Shown piece by piece: positions 27,114-39,608 of a stretch of DNA of 64,000 bases. The notes below the pieces were generated by a model that searched no databases, was not told the DNA's origin, and was given only the letters and a program-made list of their open reading frames with translations. A program made the translations under genes and the position numbers. Positions within the stretch are counted from its first letter, which is position 1; every line of letters starts with the position of its first letter. Source of the stretch: an uncultured delta proteobacterium. Its GTDB lineage: Bacteria > Desulfobacterota > Desulfuromonadia > Desulfuromonadales > BM103. The stretch is from NCBI GenBank assembly GCA_963715335.1, contig CAVQRZ010000001.1:96001-160000 (forward strand), written 5' to 3'.

Positions 27114-28435
27114 GTTGCCGACATATTCCTCTTCTTGGCTATGATTGCGGCCTTACCGTAGCGAATCGCCTGGACCAGCGGGATCGTCGCCGGGCAACTG
27201 TAGCTGCAGCAGCCGCATTCTATGCAGTCCATGGCTCTATATTCCTCGGCTTCGGCGAGCATATCCCGGCGCGCGTAGGCAGCTATCGTCGTTGGCAGGA
27301 GTTTCATCGGACAACCCTGGACGCAGCGCGCGCAACGAATACACGGCCCTTCCGGCCGACTGACGACATCCTCGCTGCGCAGCAGCAGCAAACCCGAGGT
27401 GCCACGGACGACCGGCACACTCAGGCCGAGTTGGGTAAATCCCATCATCGGCCCACCAAGGATGATCTTGCCGGGCTCCTCGGCCAACCCGCCGCAGGCC
27501 TCAACAAGTTGCGAAAGAAGGGTGCCGATTCGCACCCGGAGATTCTTCGGCTGGCGTATGGCCGGACCGGTCACCGTGCAGATCCGCTCGATCAATGGTC
27601 GGCCATGCACGACCGCATCGGTGACCGCCGCTGCAGTCGACACATTGTGCACCGCAACGCCGATGTCCATCGGCAGGCCGCCCGAGGGGACCTCCTTGCC
27701 GGTCACTGCAGAAATCAACTGTTTCTCAGCGCCTTGCGGGTATTTAACCTGCAGGGCAACAACCTCGACCGGAGTATCCTTGCACTCTTTCACAAGATGC
27801 CTTATCACATCCGGCTTGTTCGCCTCGACGCCGATCACGACCCGCTCCGCACCGAACACGTACTGCAACAGGGCAACCCCCTGCAACACGCGCTCTGTCT
27901 CCTCGAGCATCATGCGGTGGTCTGCAGTCAGGTAAGGCTCACACTCGACCCCGTTGAAGATCAGGGTGTGAATCAGTTTTTCCGGAGGCGGCGAGATCTT
28001 GACGTGAGCCGGAAAGGCAGCTCCACCCATACCGACTACGCCGGCTTGACGGACTTTTTCCACAACCTCTTCCGGGGAGAGCTGTGCAGGGTCGGCCGGG
28101 TGCAGATCGGTTGACCACAGGTCCTCGCCATCGGCCCTGATCACAACGGCCGGCAACATGGTTCCCACAGGGTGGGGGCGCTTTTCAATGGCGATTACTT
28201 CACCCGAGGTCGGGGCATGGATCGGCACCGAGACGAACCCCCGGGCCGAGCCAATCTCCTGGCCTTTCTTGACCAGCTGGCCGACCTCGACACAGGGAAC
28301 CGAAGGGGCACCGATATGCTGGGCCATCGGCACGATCAATTCCACGGGCAACGGACAGTCCTCAATCGCCGCGTGCGACGACCACTGCTTGTTGTCCGGA
28401 GGGTGTATACCTCCTCTGAAAGTTCTCAGTTTCAT
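27110..28435 (-). CDS. rnfC: Rnf complex subunit C
   Basis: FRGGIHP, QHIGAP, GMGGAAFP, NGVECEPYLTAD, GGPMMG, CIRCARCVQGCP and CIECGCCSYSCP. Confidence 0.95.
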   Translation of the reverse strand: MKLRTFRGGIHPPDNKQWSSHAAIEDCPLPVELIVPMAQHIGAPSVPCVEVGQLVKKGQEIGSARGFVSVPIHAPTSGEVIAIEKRPHPVGTMLPAVVIRADGEDLWSTDLHPADPAQLSPEEVVEKVRQAGVVGMGGAAFPAHVKISPPPEKLIHTLIFNGVECEPYLTADHRMMLEETERVLQGVALLQYVFGAERVVIGVEANKPDVIRHLVKECKDTPVEVVALQVKYPQGAEKQLISAVTGKEVPSGGLPMDIGVAVHNVSTAAAVTDAVVHGRPLIERICTVTGPAIRQPKNLRVRIGTLLSQLVEACGGLAEEPGKIILGGPMMGFTQLGLSVPVVRGTSGLLLLRSEDVVSRPEGPCIRCARCVQGCPMKLLPTTIAAYARRDMLAEAEEYRAMDCIECGCCSYSCPATIPLVQAIRYGKAAIIAKKRNMSAT

Positions 28436-28457
28436 CTCGATCGTTCAGGGCAAAGGG

Positions 28458-29300
28458 TCAGGCCGCATGCGGCTTGTCGGCACCGTCAGGGAGAAAACTG
28501 CTCCCCTCCGGATAGCCATCGTCAAAGTTACGGATACACCTGGTCGGACACTTGGCGAGCGCCTCGATCGCCTCAGTGTCCTGCTCATAAACTACGGTCG
28601 CCAGAAAATCCTCTACCTTATATGCGGCAGGAACAGTCTTGTGGCAGATGTGACAACCGATGCATCCAACCTGGCAATACTTGCGCACTGCTGCGCCCTT
28701 GTCATGGCTGTTGCAAAGGACATGGATAGTAGACTCAAATGGCGTCATCCGGATCACATCACGCGGGCATGCGGCTACGCATTTGCGGCAGCCGGTGCAT
28801 TTGTGCCGGCTGATAACCGCCAGTCCATCCGCGGTCATTTCGATGGCATCGAAGGGGCAAGCACGCTGACAGGAGGCGAGACCTAGGCAACCACCGGGAC
28901 AGGCTTTCGGTCCATTGGCAATCTTCTGCGCCGCGGTACAATCTTCCAGCCCGAGGTATCGATATTTGAGCCGGGCCTTTTTATTGTCCCCCTGGCACAG
29001 AACCACGGCAACCTGCCGCGCTACAGCGCAAGCCTCGACGCCAAGAATCCGTGCCAACCGGGCCACAACTTCAGCCCCCCCGGGCGGACACTGGTTCAGG
29101 TCCGCGGTGCCGGCGATCACGGCCCGGGCATAACCGGCGCAGCCGGGAAAGCCGCAGGCGCCGCAATTGACTCCCGGCAGCACCTCAACGGCAGCAAGTT
29201 CGCGCGGATCGATCTCGACCGCGAACTTCCTGGCGGCAAAGCCAAGCGCCACGGCAGCAATCATGCCGATGCACCCAAGACTCAATATTGCTGCAATCAT
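28458..29300 (-). CDS. rnfB: Rnf complex subunit B (polyferredoxin)
   Basis: N-terminal TM, LPGVNCGACGFPGC, multiple CxxCxxCxxxCP motifs. Confidence 0.93.
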   Translation of the reverse strand: MIAAILSLGCIGMIAAVALGFAARKFAVEIDPRELAAVEVLPGVNCGACGFPGCAGYARAVIAGTADLNQCPPGGAEVVARLARILGVEACAVARQVAVVLCQGDNKKARLKYRYLGLEDCTAAQKIANGPKACPGGCLGLASCQRACPFDAIEMTADGLAVISRHKCTGCRKCVAACPRDVIRMTPFESTIHVLCNSHDKGAAVRKYCQVGCIGCHICHKTVPAAYKVEDFLATVVYEQDTEAIEALAKCPTRCIRNFDDGYPEGSSFLPDGADKPHAA

Positions 29301-29368
29301 AAAAAAATCCAGGCCTGCATAAGTATTTTATGAAGAGTCCGTGGAGGCGATAACGGCCTCTGGTTGCC

Positions 29369-29950
29369 CTAGCCTTTGACCAGACCGGCAAAGCCCATGA
29401 ATGCCAGAGACAGAAGGCCCGCCGTCACCAGGGCAATGGCCGTGCCGCGAAAGCTTCGTGGCACGACACAGAGTTCAAGGCGTTCGCGCAGGCCGGCAAA
29501 GAGAACCAACGCCAGGGTAAAACCGAGGGCCGCCCCGATGGCGAACACGACCCCCTCCAGAAAGGTATAATCCTTCTGGATATTGAGGACAGCGAGACCG
29601 AGGACCGCACAGTTGGTCGTAATCAGCGGCAGAAAGATTCCGAGCGACTGGTAGAGCACCGGGCTGACCTTCTGGACCACCATCTCCACCAGTTGTACCA
29701 ACGAAGCGATGACCAGGATAAAGGCGATTGTCTGCAGGTATTCAATGCCGAAAGGAATCAGGATGAAATATTGGACAAACCAGGTCACAACCGTGGCTAC
29801 AGTCATGACGAATGTCACTGCCATCCCCATGCCGAGAGCCGTTTCGACCTTCTTGGAGACCCCGAGAAACGGGCATATCCCTAGGAAACGCGCCAGGACA
29901 AAGTTATTGACGAAAATGGCGCTTACCAGAATGACAAGCAGATCAGCCAT
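29369..29950 (-). CDS. rnfA: Rnf complex subunit A
   Basis: [38 protein letters not shown]. Confidence 0.95.
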   Translation of the reverse strand: MADLLVILVSAIFVNNFVLARFLGICPFLGVSKKVETALGMGMAVTFVMTVATVVTWFVQYFILIPFGIEYLQTIAFILVIASLVQLVEMVVQKVSPVLYQSLGIFLPLITTNCAVLGLAVLNIQKDYTFLEGVVFAIGAALGFTLALVLFAGLRERLELCVVPRSFRGTAIALVTAGLLSLAFMGFAGLVKG

Positions 29951-30336
29951 GCACCCTACCTTGTAAATTGGTCAGACCAGCGGTTATAAATCAGATGTCG
30001 ACCAAAGTCAAACGCTATACAATGAAAATTTTTTAGGATTACTACAAAAAGTCACAACCGCGCGGAGGGCTTGCCAGACGAGAGGAAAACCGCATCGCAA
30101 TCAAGACTTACTTAATAAAAATCAGCGGGAAAATACACTATAAAATTTAGCGCAGCTAAAACATGCTGCGAATAACCGCCCCGCGCGCGGAGCCGTCTGC
30201 CGGCCATGCAGCTCCTTGACAGGCTCCTGCCGCTATGTTAACAGACGGACAGGAAATTCATACAAAGTTTCATCAGGCGACGACGACTCAAACACAAGCT
30301 GCAACGCACAGCCCGAAATTACCCAAGGAGCAACCA

Positions 30337-31620
30337 ATGAATCACCAGCAGTCCGCCGAACTTTTTGTCAAAGCCAAACAGGTCATCCCGGGCGGAGTCA
30401 ACAGCCCGGTCCGTGCATTCAAATCCGTCGGTTGCGATCCGATCTTCATCGCTCGCGCTGCAGGATCGAAGATCTTCGACGCGGACGGTAACAGCTATAT
30501 CGATTACGTCGGCTCCTGGGGCCCGATGATCCTCGGCCATTGTCATCCGAAGGTCGTTGAAGCCATTCAACAGACCGCGGCAACCGGGGCATCCTTCGGC
30601 GCCCCGACCGCTCGCGAGACCCAGCTGGCCGAGATGGTCTGCGCGGCCTATCCGAATATTGAAAAAGTTCGCATGGTCTCCTCGGGGACCGAAGCGACCA
30701 TGAGCGCCATCCGTCTCGCGCGCGGCTACACCCGGCGCGACAAAATCATCAAGTTTGACGGCTGCTACCACGGTCATGCCGATTCGCTCCTGGTCAAAGC
30801 CGGCAGCGGTCTGGCAACCTTTGGCGTTCCAACCTCCCCCGGCGTACCGGCAGATTTTGCCAAGCACACCCTCACCGCGACCTACAACAACCTGGAAGAG
30901 GTCAGGGAAATGGTCACGGCCAACCGGGGCGAAGTCGCCTGCATCATCCTCGAGCCGATAGCCGGCAACATGGGCTGTGTTGCGCCCAGGCCGGGCTTCC
31001 TCGAGGGGTTGCGCCAGATCTGCGATGCCGAAGGGATCATCCTGATCATCGACGAAGTCATGACCGGTTTCCGGGTCGCCTACGGCGGCGCCCAGGAGCG
31101 GTTTGGTGTCCGTGGCGACCTGGTCTGCCTCGGCAAAATTATCGGCGGCGGCCTGCCGGTCGGCGCTTTCGGCGGCAAACGGGAGATCATGGAGGCCCTT
31201 TCTCCCGAGGGTGGCGTCTACCAGGCCGGGACCCTTTCCGGCAATCCGCTGGCCATGAGTGCCGGCATTGCCACCCTGGAACTGCTCCGGGAAAAAGGCT
31301 TCTATGAAGCCATCGAGGAGAAGAGCGCCTACCTCTGCAAGGGCCTCCAGGACGCTGCGGCCGAAGCGAAGGTCCCGACTTCCCTGCAACGGGTAGGCGG
31401 TATGTTCTGCACCTACTTCCAGCAGAAAGAGGTCTTCTGTTTCAGTGACGTCAGCCCGGAAGCCCCTCAAGTCTTCGCCAAATTCTTCCGCAGCATGCTC
31501 GATCAGGGGATCAACCTGGCGCCTTCGCAGTACGAGGCCGGCTTCATGAGCGCAGCCCACTCGCAGGACGATCTCGACCGGACGATTGAAGCGGCGCGCA
31601 AGGCGTTCAAAGCGCTTTAA
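30337..31620 (+). CDS. hemL: Glutamate-1-semialdehyde 2,1-aminomutase
   Basis: [56 protein letters not shown] before ATG 30337. Confidence 0.97.
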   Translation: MNHQQSAELFVKAKQVIPGGVNSPVRAFKSVGCDPIFIARAAGSKIFDADGNSYIDYVGSWGPMILGHCHPKVVEAIQQTAATGASFGAPTARETQLAEMVCAAYPNIEKVRMVSSGTEATMSAIRLARGYTRRDKIIKFDGCYHGHADSLLVKAGSGLATFGVPTSPGVPADFAKHTLTATYNNLEEVREMVTANRGEVACIILEPIAGNMGCVAPRPGFLEGLRQICDAEGIILIIDEVMTGFRVAYGGAQERFGVRGDLVCLGKIIGGGLPVGAFGGKREIMEALSPEGGVYQAGTLSGNPLAMSAGIATLELLREKGFYEAIEEKSAYLCKGLQDAAAEAKVPTSLQRVGGMFCTYFQQKEVFCFSDVSPEAPQVFAKFFRSMLDQGINLAPSQYEAGFMSAAHSQDDLDRTIEAARKAFKAL

Positions 31621-31645
31621 GCAGATATCAAATTTATTTGCAGTG

Positions 31646-32186
31646 AACAAACTAAGGGCAACGGGTGGTTAATCTGTTGCCCTTAGTTTGTTGTGCTCTG
31701 GGATTTAAAGACAAAAGCAAAACCCGGGGGTTGCGCCCCCCGACTGCGCCTTACTCTTTTGCTGGCCCAAAAGAGTAAGCAGAAAAAGTCCTGCGCTGCG
31801 CTGGGCATGTCTGGTTCGTCAAGGCGGCAACCTCAATCCGGATGGTTCTTATCGATCAAGAGCCCAGCTTTCCCCCGCAGGAGCCGAGGCTCTTGAGAGC
31901 CTCTCCTGCAGTGGAGACTTGCGTTGATAGAGCTTGTTTTGGCTTTCCCCTGGTAAATCACACGGCAAGGTCAGGCCCTTTGACACAGGGCCGGATCCTT
32001 ATCACAGCAGGTTCTTGAAGTCACAGAAATCCGGCAAAGGAGATGCCCTCCGCAAGGAGAAGGCACTTTTGCATACTTTTGTTGCCGGACAAAAGTATGG
32101 CGTCGGGCGGGACGCGACCCGCCGGTTTTGCTTTTGTCTTTAACTTCCAAAGTCTAATAAAAAGGGCAACGGGTTAACCCGCCTTT
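31646..32186 (+). repeat. Structured multicopy intergenic element, copy 2 (core 31714-32135)
   Basis: Near-identical to copies 1 and 3. Perfect 20-bp inverted repeat 31705-31724 / 32124-32143. Left palindrome extends to a 17-bp stem (31646-31692), likely also terminating hemL. Confidence 0.92.
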
Positions 32187-32378
32187 GCACTTGTGGGTTG
32201 AATCAACGAGAGCTGAAAGCCACGCACTTAATAAATTTGTGTGCGGGGCTTTTTGCATGCACATAGCGTCTGTCCGAATGCCCCGCGCAAGACTAACCTC
32301 TGTTCAAAATACACAAACAGGCTTATCATCCGTGGTGTTGTATACTTATGGGACATCCCGACATCAAGGAGAAGATTG

Positions 32379-33884
32379 ATGGACATCAAAATCCGCAAAA
32401 CATCCCCGCTGCAAATAAAGACCCCATGCATGGTGATCGGTGTCTGCGAGAAGGATTTTGCAGCCCCCCTACTTAAAGAGCTTGATCAAAAGCTCGGCGG
32501 CCTGCTTCGCAAGGCGCAGCGCAATGCTGAATTTTCCGCAAAGGTGGACGAGCAGATCCTCTTCCAGCCCGCCGGACACCTGCCGGCAGAGCGGGTTCTC
32601 CTCATTGGCCTTGGTCGGTCAAAAGAGATCACAACCGAGAAGATCCGTCGTGCGGCTGGTCAGGCAATGCAAGTGGTCACAGAGAAAAAATTTGGTCAGA
32701 TGGTCTTTGCCTTGCCGCCCGGGACCAGCGGAGATGATTATCCTGCACAGGTTCAGGCTGTAGCGGAGGGACTTCTTCTGGCCAGCTACCGTTACGACCG
32801 GTTTCTCGGCGACAAAGCCAAAGGCTCACGCAAACTGCCTAAAACTGTAACCCTGGTAGCCGAAGCTGGTCATGACAAGCTAGGTTGCGAGGCCGCCGTT
32901 GAAAAGGCGCAGAAACTCTGCCGGGCCGTGATCTTGGCCCGCGACCTGGTCAATGCGCCAGGGAATATAAAATCACCGGCCTTCCTCGCAGAACAGGCAC
33001 AGGCCGCAGCAGCTGAAAGCACATTGAAATGCAAGGTTCTCGGCCAGAAAGAATTGGTCAAGGAAGGGTGCGGCGCCCTGCTCGGCGTGGCCCAGGGTAG
33101 CGGGCGAGAGCCCCGGCTGATTATCCTGGAACACAATGGCGGCGGCAAGCATGAAGCGCCGGTCGCCCTGGTCGGCAAAGGCGTTACTTTTGATTCCGGC
33201 GGCATCTCGTTGAAATCGGCCGAGAAGATGGATGAGATGAAGATGGACATGGGCGGTGGCGCAGCGGTCATCGGCACCATGCTGGCGGCTTCACTGCTTG
33301 AATTACCGGTCAACCTGGTCGGCCTCATCCCCGCAGTGGAGAACATGCCCTCGGGAACGGCCTATCGACCGGGCGACATCCTGACCAGCCTCTCCGGTCA
33401 GACGATCGAGGTCCTCAATACCGATGCCGAAGGCCGCCTGATCCTCGCTGACGCCCTGACTTATGCTAAACGGTATGAACCAAAGCTGGTTATTGACCTG
33501 GCGACCTTGACCGGTGCCTGCATTATTGCCTTGGGACATCAAGCCACGGCCGTCCTGGGCAACGACCAGGAGCTTGTCCAATCGCTGCTGAGCGCCGGGG
33601 AGAAGAGCGGGGAGCGCCTATGGCAACTGCCGCTCTGGGAAGAGTATGACTCGCTGATCAAAAGCAGCGTTGCCGACGTCAAAAACACCGGTGGCCGGCC
33701 GGCCGGCACGATCACTGCGGCAGCCTTCTTAAAGAAGTTCGCAAAGGATTTCCGCTGGGCCCACCTGGACATCGCCGGCACAGCCTGGCGCGACCAGGAT
33801 CAGCCCTACACACCGAAAGGCGGGACCGGAGTCGGCGTGCGACTGCTGATTGAATTTCTACACGATCTGCCTGCCGCAGAATGA
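32379..33884 (+). CDS. pepA: Cytosol (leucyl) aminopeptidase, M17
   Basis: VGKGVTFDSGG, MKMDMGG, NTDAEGRL, DLATLTGA, WAHLDIAG; AAGGAG RBS. Confidence 0.96.
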   Translation: MDIKIRKTSPLQIKTPCMVIGVCEKDFAAPLLKELDQKLGGLLRKAQRNAEFSAKVDEQILFQPAGHLPAERVLLIGLGRSKEITTEKIRRAAGQAMQVVTEKKFGQMVFALPPGTSGDDYPAQVQAVAEGLLLASYRYDRFLGDKAKGSRKLPKTVTLVAEAGHDKLGCEAAVEKAQKLCRAVILARDLVNAPGNIKSPAFLAEQAQAAAAESTLKCKVLGQKELVKEGCGALLGVAQGSGREPRLIILEHNGGGKHEAPVALVGKGVTFDSGGISLKSAEKMDEMKMDMGGGAAVIGTMLAASLLELPVNLVGLIPAVENMPSGTAYRPGDILTSLSGQTIEVLNTDAEGRLILADALTYAKRYEPKLVIDLATLTGACIIALGHQATAVLGNDQELVQSLLSAGEKSGERLWQLPLWEEYDSLIKSSVADVKNTGGRPAGTITAAAFLKKFAKDFRWAHLDIAGTAWRDQDQPYTPKGGTGVGVRLLIEFLHDLPAAE

Positions 33885-33920
33885 CCACGCTTCAACGACC
33901 TGGCATGCCGGTCTTTCGCC

Positions 33921-33949
33921 TTGACAGGTGAAAAGCCGGTTGCTAGGTT
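33921..33949 (+). promoter_or_regulatory. Sigma70-type promoter for serA-hisZ-purA
   Basis: TTGACA, 17-nt spacer, TAGGTT upstream of serA. Confidence 0.5.
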
Positions 33950-34010
33950 ACTGTGTTCGGGTATAAGTATTTGCAGTGGCACAGCAATCTATTCTTTGAC
34001 GGGTTCCATC

Positions 34011-35594
34011 ATGAAGGTACTGGTTTCTGACAAATTCCCCACTGAGGGGCTCCAGGTGCTGGAACAGGCTGTAGGTATTGAGCTGGATTACCAGCCGGGG
34101 CTGTCTACCGAGCAGTTGCTGCAGGCGGTGGTCGATGCGGATGCACTGATTGTCCGCAGCGGCACCCTGGTCACCGAAGAGGTATTCCAGGCGGCCACGC
34201 GCCTCAAGGTCGTCGGTCGCGCCGGTGTCGGCACCAGCAACCTCGACCTTGATTCGGCGAACCGCAAGGGCGTCGTCATAATGCACACCCCCTTCGGCAG
34301 CACAACCACGACGGCCGAGCATACTATAGCGATGATTTTCTCCCTGGCCAGGCAGATACCGAGAGCCAGCCAATCGACCAAAAGCGGTCACTGGGATTCG
34401 GCGAATTTTCTGGGCATAGAAGTCGCCGGCAAGACCCTCGGAGTCATCGGCGCAGGCAAAATTGGCCGACTGGTCGTTGAACGGGCCCTCGCCTTGAAAA
34501 TGAAGCCGATTGTCTACGACCCCTACCTGACCGAAGACACCTTGCGCCTGCTGGGAGCCGAACAGGTTGAGTTTGACGAGTTGCTGAGCCGCTCCGACTT
34601 CCTGACCCTGCACACACCACGCAACGCAGAAACCGCCAATATCCTGAACAAGGAAACCCTGGCGAAAGCCAAGCCTGGATGCCATATCATCAACTGTGCA
34701 ACGGGCGGACTCATCGATGAATATGCCCTGGCTGAAGCGATCCGCGGGGGACACATAGCGGGGGCGGCGATTGATGTCTTTGATAAAGAGCCCCCGGCTC
34801 AAGACAACCCGCTCCTCGGGCTTGATCAGGTCATCTGCACTCCTCACCTGCGCACTGCCACTCGGGACGCCCAGGTGAACGTAACGGTACAGATTGCCAG
34901 CCAGGTTGTGGAGTTTCTGCAGCGTGGCATTATCGTTAATGCGGTAAACGTCCCGTCGATCAGCGCGGACCTGCTGGCCACGCTGAGACCGCATCTGGAA
35001 CTGGCCGAACGCCTTGGTTCATTCCAGGCCCAGCTCTATGGCAAAGGCCTCGAAGAGGTTCGCCTGGAGTATGCCGGGACCGTCACCAACAACCCGACGG
35101 AGCCATTAACCATGGCCGCGCTAAAAGGCCTTCTGGAGCGGATGATCGGCCCCGAGGCCAACTATATCAACGCCCCTCACCTGGCCAGGGAGCGCCGTAT
35201 CCGGGTCACGGAAACCCGCAGCCAATCGAGCCGCGGGTTCTCCAGCATGATCCGCCTGACCGTTGTCGGTACGGATGGAGAACATGCTGTATGCGGTGCG
35301 ATGTTCGGCGAAGGGGATTACCGCATTGTCCGCGTGAACGGCTGCAATGTTGAAGCAATTCCCAAAGGCTATCTCCTGGTGTTGTTCAACGAGGACCGCC
35401 CCGGCATCATCGGCTTTATCGGACAAGTGCTTGGCGAAGCGGAAATCAACATTGCCGGCATGAACCTGACTCGACAATCAACCGACGGCAAGGCGGTCTC
35501 CCTGATCAATGTTGACAGTTGCATTCCTAGCGAAACTCTGGAAAAATTGCGTGCCCACCCGCACATCGTGGCGGCAAACCAAATCGTATTATAG
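34011..35594 (+). CDS. serA: D-3-phosphoglycerate dehydrogenase (ASB and ACT domains)
   Basis: GRAGVG, TAEH, GVIGAGKIG, DVFDKEP, TPHL, C-terminal DRPGIIG ACT domain. Confidence 0.9.
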   Translation: MKVLVSDKFPTEGLQVLEQAVGIELDYQPGLSTEQLLQAVVDADALIVRSGTLVTEEVFQAATRLKVVGRAGVGTSNLDLDSANRKGVVIMHTPFGSTTTTAEHTIAMIFSLARQIPRASQSTKSGHWDSANFLGIEVAGKTLGVIGAGKIGRLVVERALALKMKPIVYDPYLTEDTLRLLGAEQVEFDELLSRSDFLTLHTPRNAETANILNKETLAKAKPGCHIINCATGGLIDEYALAEAIRGGHIAGAAIDVFDKEPPAQDNPLLGLDQVICTPHLRTATRDAQVNVTVQIASQVVEFLQRGIIVNAVNVPSISADLLATLRPHLELAERLGSFQAQLYGKGLEEVRLEYAGTVTNNPTEPLTMAALKGLLERMIGPEANYINAPHLARERRIRVTETRSQSSRGFSSMIRLTVVGTDGEHAVCGAMFGEGDYRIVRVNGCNVEAIPKGYLLVLFNEDRPGIIGFIGQVLGEAEINIAGMNLTRQSTDGKAVSLINVDSCIPSETLEKLRAHPHIVAANQIVL

Positions 35595-35606
35595 AAAGAC
35601 TCGATT

Positions 35607-36884
35607 GTGTCGAACATCATAGAAACACGCCTGCCTACCGGTGTAAGAGATTTTTTGCCGGTTAAGGCCGCCAAGCTTGACTATCTGCAAAACACCCTGC
35701 GCAGCATCTACCGTTCCTGGGGCTTTCGCCCTGTTGCACCGGCCATTCTCGAGGATCTCTCGGTCCTCGAGCTCGGGCTGGGGACCGATCTGCGGGAAAA
35801 GACCTTTCGTTTCGACGACCGTCAAACCGGTCGCCTGGTCGCTTTCCCACCCGACATGACTCCCCAGGTCGCGCGGATTGCCGCAACCCGCATGCGCGAC
35901 ATGCCGCTCCCTTTCCGCCTCTGCTATAACGGCTGCGTGCTGCGCCATACCGAGCAACAACTCGGCAAGGATCGGCAGATCTATCAGTCAGGGGTGGAAC
36001 TGATCGGCCTGAGTGGCCCCGAAGCCGATGCTGAAATGATCGCCATGGCGGTCAAATGTCTCCAGGCCGTCGGCGCGACCGAATTCACCATCGACATCGG
36101 CCAGGTTGAGTTTCTACGCGGAATCCTCGACGACCTGCCGCTTGATCCGGCACAATCCCGTGACGTCAGAACAACCATTGCCGCCAAGGACATCTCCGGT
36201 CTGCAGCAGAGACTCAAAGACCTGCCGTTGACCGACCAGCAGCGCGCCGAACTGGTTGCCCTGCCCAGACTTTACGGCGGCCGTGAGATCCTTGGCCAGG
36301 CTCGGCAGGTGATCACCAATCCCGCCTCACAGCAGGCTTTGGATAACCTGGAAAGAATTCTGGAAGTCCTTACGGTTTACGGCGTTGAGGAACACATCAC
36401 TTTAGACCTTGGTGAAATGCGTGGTTTCGATTACCATAGTGGGCTGATATTCCAGGGCTTCATGTCCGGCTTCGGCAGGGCGGTCTGCGCCGGCGGTCGT
36501 TACGACGGCCTGACCGAACGATACGGCTTTGCAGCTCCGGCTACCGGTTTTGCCTTTAACCTGTACAACCTGCTCTTCGCCCTCGACAACATTCTCGACG
36601 AGCGAGCCGAAGAGGGGACCGACATCCTGCTCTTCTCAGCGGGACAGGACAAAGCCCCGGCCCAGCGCCTGGCCGCGGCTCTGCGTGAACAGGGGTATTC
36701 GGTGGCTCGTGACATTATCGGGCGCGACCAGGCGGCCAGTCTTGACTACGCCCGGCGCATGCACTACCGCTACCTGCTGGTCATTGATTCAGCAGAACCA
36801 GAAATGATCCTGATCCGCACTGCGGACGGCGAAAATACTTGCGTGACACGCGCAGCGATCGAATCCGGGCAATTCCGGATTTAG
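35607..36884 (+). CDS. hisZ: ATP phosphoribosyltransferase regulatory subunit
   Basis: LPTGVRDFLP, DMTPQVAR, QSGVELIG, GGRYDGL; HisRS-like; conserved serA-hisZ-purA context. Confidence 0.93.
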   Translation: MSNIIETRLPTGVRDFLPVKAAKLDYLQNTLRSIYRSWGFRPVAPAILEDLSVLELGLGTDLREKTFRFDDRQTGRLVAFPPDMTPQVARIAATRMRDMPLPFRLCYNGCVLRHTEQQLGKDRQIYQSGVELIGLSGPEADAEMIAMAVKCLQAVGATEFTIDIGQVEFLRGILDDLPLDPAQSRDVRTTIAAKDISGLQQRLKDLPLTDQQRAELVALPRLYGGREILGQARQVITNPASQQALDNLERILEVLTVYGVEEHITLDLGEMRGFDYHSGLIFQGFMSGFGRAVCAGGRYDGLTERYGFAAPATGFAFNLYNLLFALDNILDERAEEGTDILLFSAGQDKAPAQRLAAALREQGYSVARDIIGRDQAASLDYARRMHYRYLLVIDSAEPEMILIRTADGENTCVTRAAIESGQFRI

Positions 36885-38183
<1,299 letters not shown>

Positions 38184-38212
38184 TTGTTTGGTAAACAATG
38201 TTAGCTAGAGTC

Positions 38213-39024
38213 AAAGGGCATCAGATGGTTAATCTGTTGCCCTTTTTCATTGTCTACTGGACTTCAAAGACAAAAGGGTTTTAAGTTCCATGCCTGCCGT
38301 TTGCAAGCGATCTCATCAGCAAGATCCTGCCAACCCATAATGACAGCAGTACGGCGAGGCCCCCTGTAACGGGCCGGCTCGTCTCCTCTGTTGTTCCCGA
38401 AAGCCATATCCCCTTCGCGAACGTCTATAGCCCTCCGCTAGGAGAAGGCACTTTTGCATACTTTTGTTGCCGGACAAAAGTATGGCGTCTGGCGGGACGC
38501 GACCCGCCGGTGTTGGTTTTCACTTTTCGAAATTTACAGACAAAATCAAAGCAGAATCCGGGGGTCGCGCCCCCCGACTGCGCCTTACTCTTTTGCTGGC
38601 CCAAAAGAGTAAGCAGAAAAAGGCCTGCGCTGCGCTGGGCATGTCTGGCTCGGCATGGCGGCAACCTCAATTCGATGGCTCTATTAACCGATAAATGTTT
38701 ACGCTTCCCCCGCAGGAGCCGAGGCTCTTGAGAGCCTCTCCTGCTGTGGAGGCTTGCGTCGGTAGAGATTGTTTTGGCTTTTCCCTGGTAAATCACACAG
38801 CAAGGTCAGGCCCTTTGACACAGGGCCGGATCCCCATCACAGCAGGTTCTTGAAGTCACAGAGATCCGGCAGAGGAGATGCCCTCCGCAAGGAGAAGGCG
38901 TTTTTGCATACTTTTGTTGCCGGACAAAAGTATGGCGTCGGGCGGGACGCGACCCGCCGGTTTTGCTTTTAAGCCTTTCAAGAAAAAGAACAAGGGCAAC
39001 AGATTAACCATCTGTTGCCCTACC
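38213..39024 (+). repeat. Structured multicopy element, composite copy 3 (variant module 38260-38520 plus full core 38548-38970)
   Basis: Full core matches copies 1 and 2. The upstream segment repeats the right-arm module (38431-38510) behind a different core. REP-like palindromes at 38213-38245 and 38992-39023. Confidence 0.92.
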
Positions 39025-39076
39025 AAGCATCAAAACCTAACGGTACTAAACCACGGCGTAATTATTAACCACCTCT

Positions 39077-39517
39077 CTACTGCTGCATGAAATAACCAGC
39101 AACCTTCCATTCATCACCTTCGAGCATCACGGTCACATATTCCGATACTTGGTCCGCGTTCTGGAAAGCAGAGTCATAGATCAACATGAGATATTCACCT
39201 GGTGGGCTGTCTTTCGCTTCGGTGGAATAACTGGCACTTTTCCGGACCCGCTGAACCAACCCGCCGGAGAGGTTACGGGCCTCGCTGAGCTTTTCTACCC
39301 AGTCCTTTTCCGCAATCTTCCCCTGCATCAGGCTCGCCGAGGCGTGCCAGCTCTCGGTATATTTGCCCCCGTCAACCAAAGCCAGGAACTCAACGCTAAC
39401 AGTCTCGGCCCGCTCGATCTTCTCACTGTCCGGGCTCTGGTTGTAGAGTGGGATCAAAATCATGAAGAGGCAGGCGACAATCAGGACGGCGTGAATACGT
39501 AATTGCTTCGGCAACAA
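39077..39517 (-). CDS. DUF4019-like exported/membrane-anchored protein
   Basis: N-terminal TM, then FLALVDGGKY..SW, PPGEY, E.VT, WKVAGYF. Confidence 0.75.
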   Translation of the reverse strand: MLPKQLRIHAVLIVACLFMILIPLYNQSPDSEKIERAETVSVEFLALVDGGKYTESWHASASLMQGKIAEKDWVEKLSEARNLSGGLVQRVRKSASYSTEAKDSPPGEYLMLIYDSAFQNADQVSEYVTVMLEGDEWKVAGYFMQQ

Positions 39518-39608
39518 GAGATCCTCCGGTAGATTTGAAATTTGTACTGTTTTTTACTATGGAAAAGACAGAAGGTCTAGACTTTTTAAAAACAGCCCTT
39601 CAAGTTCG

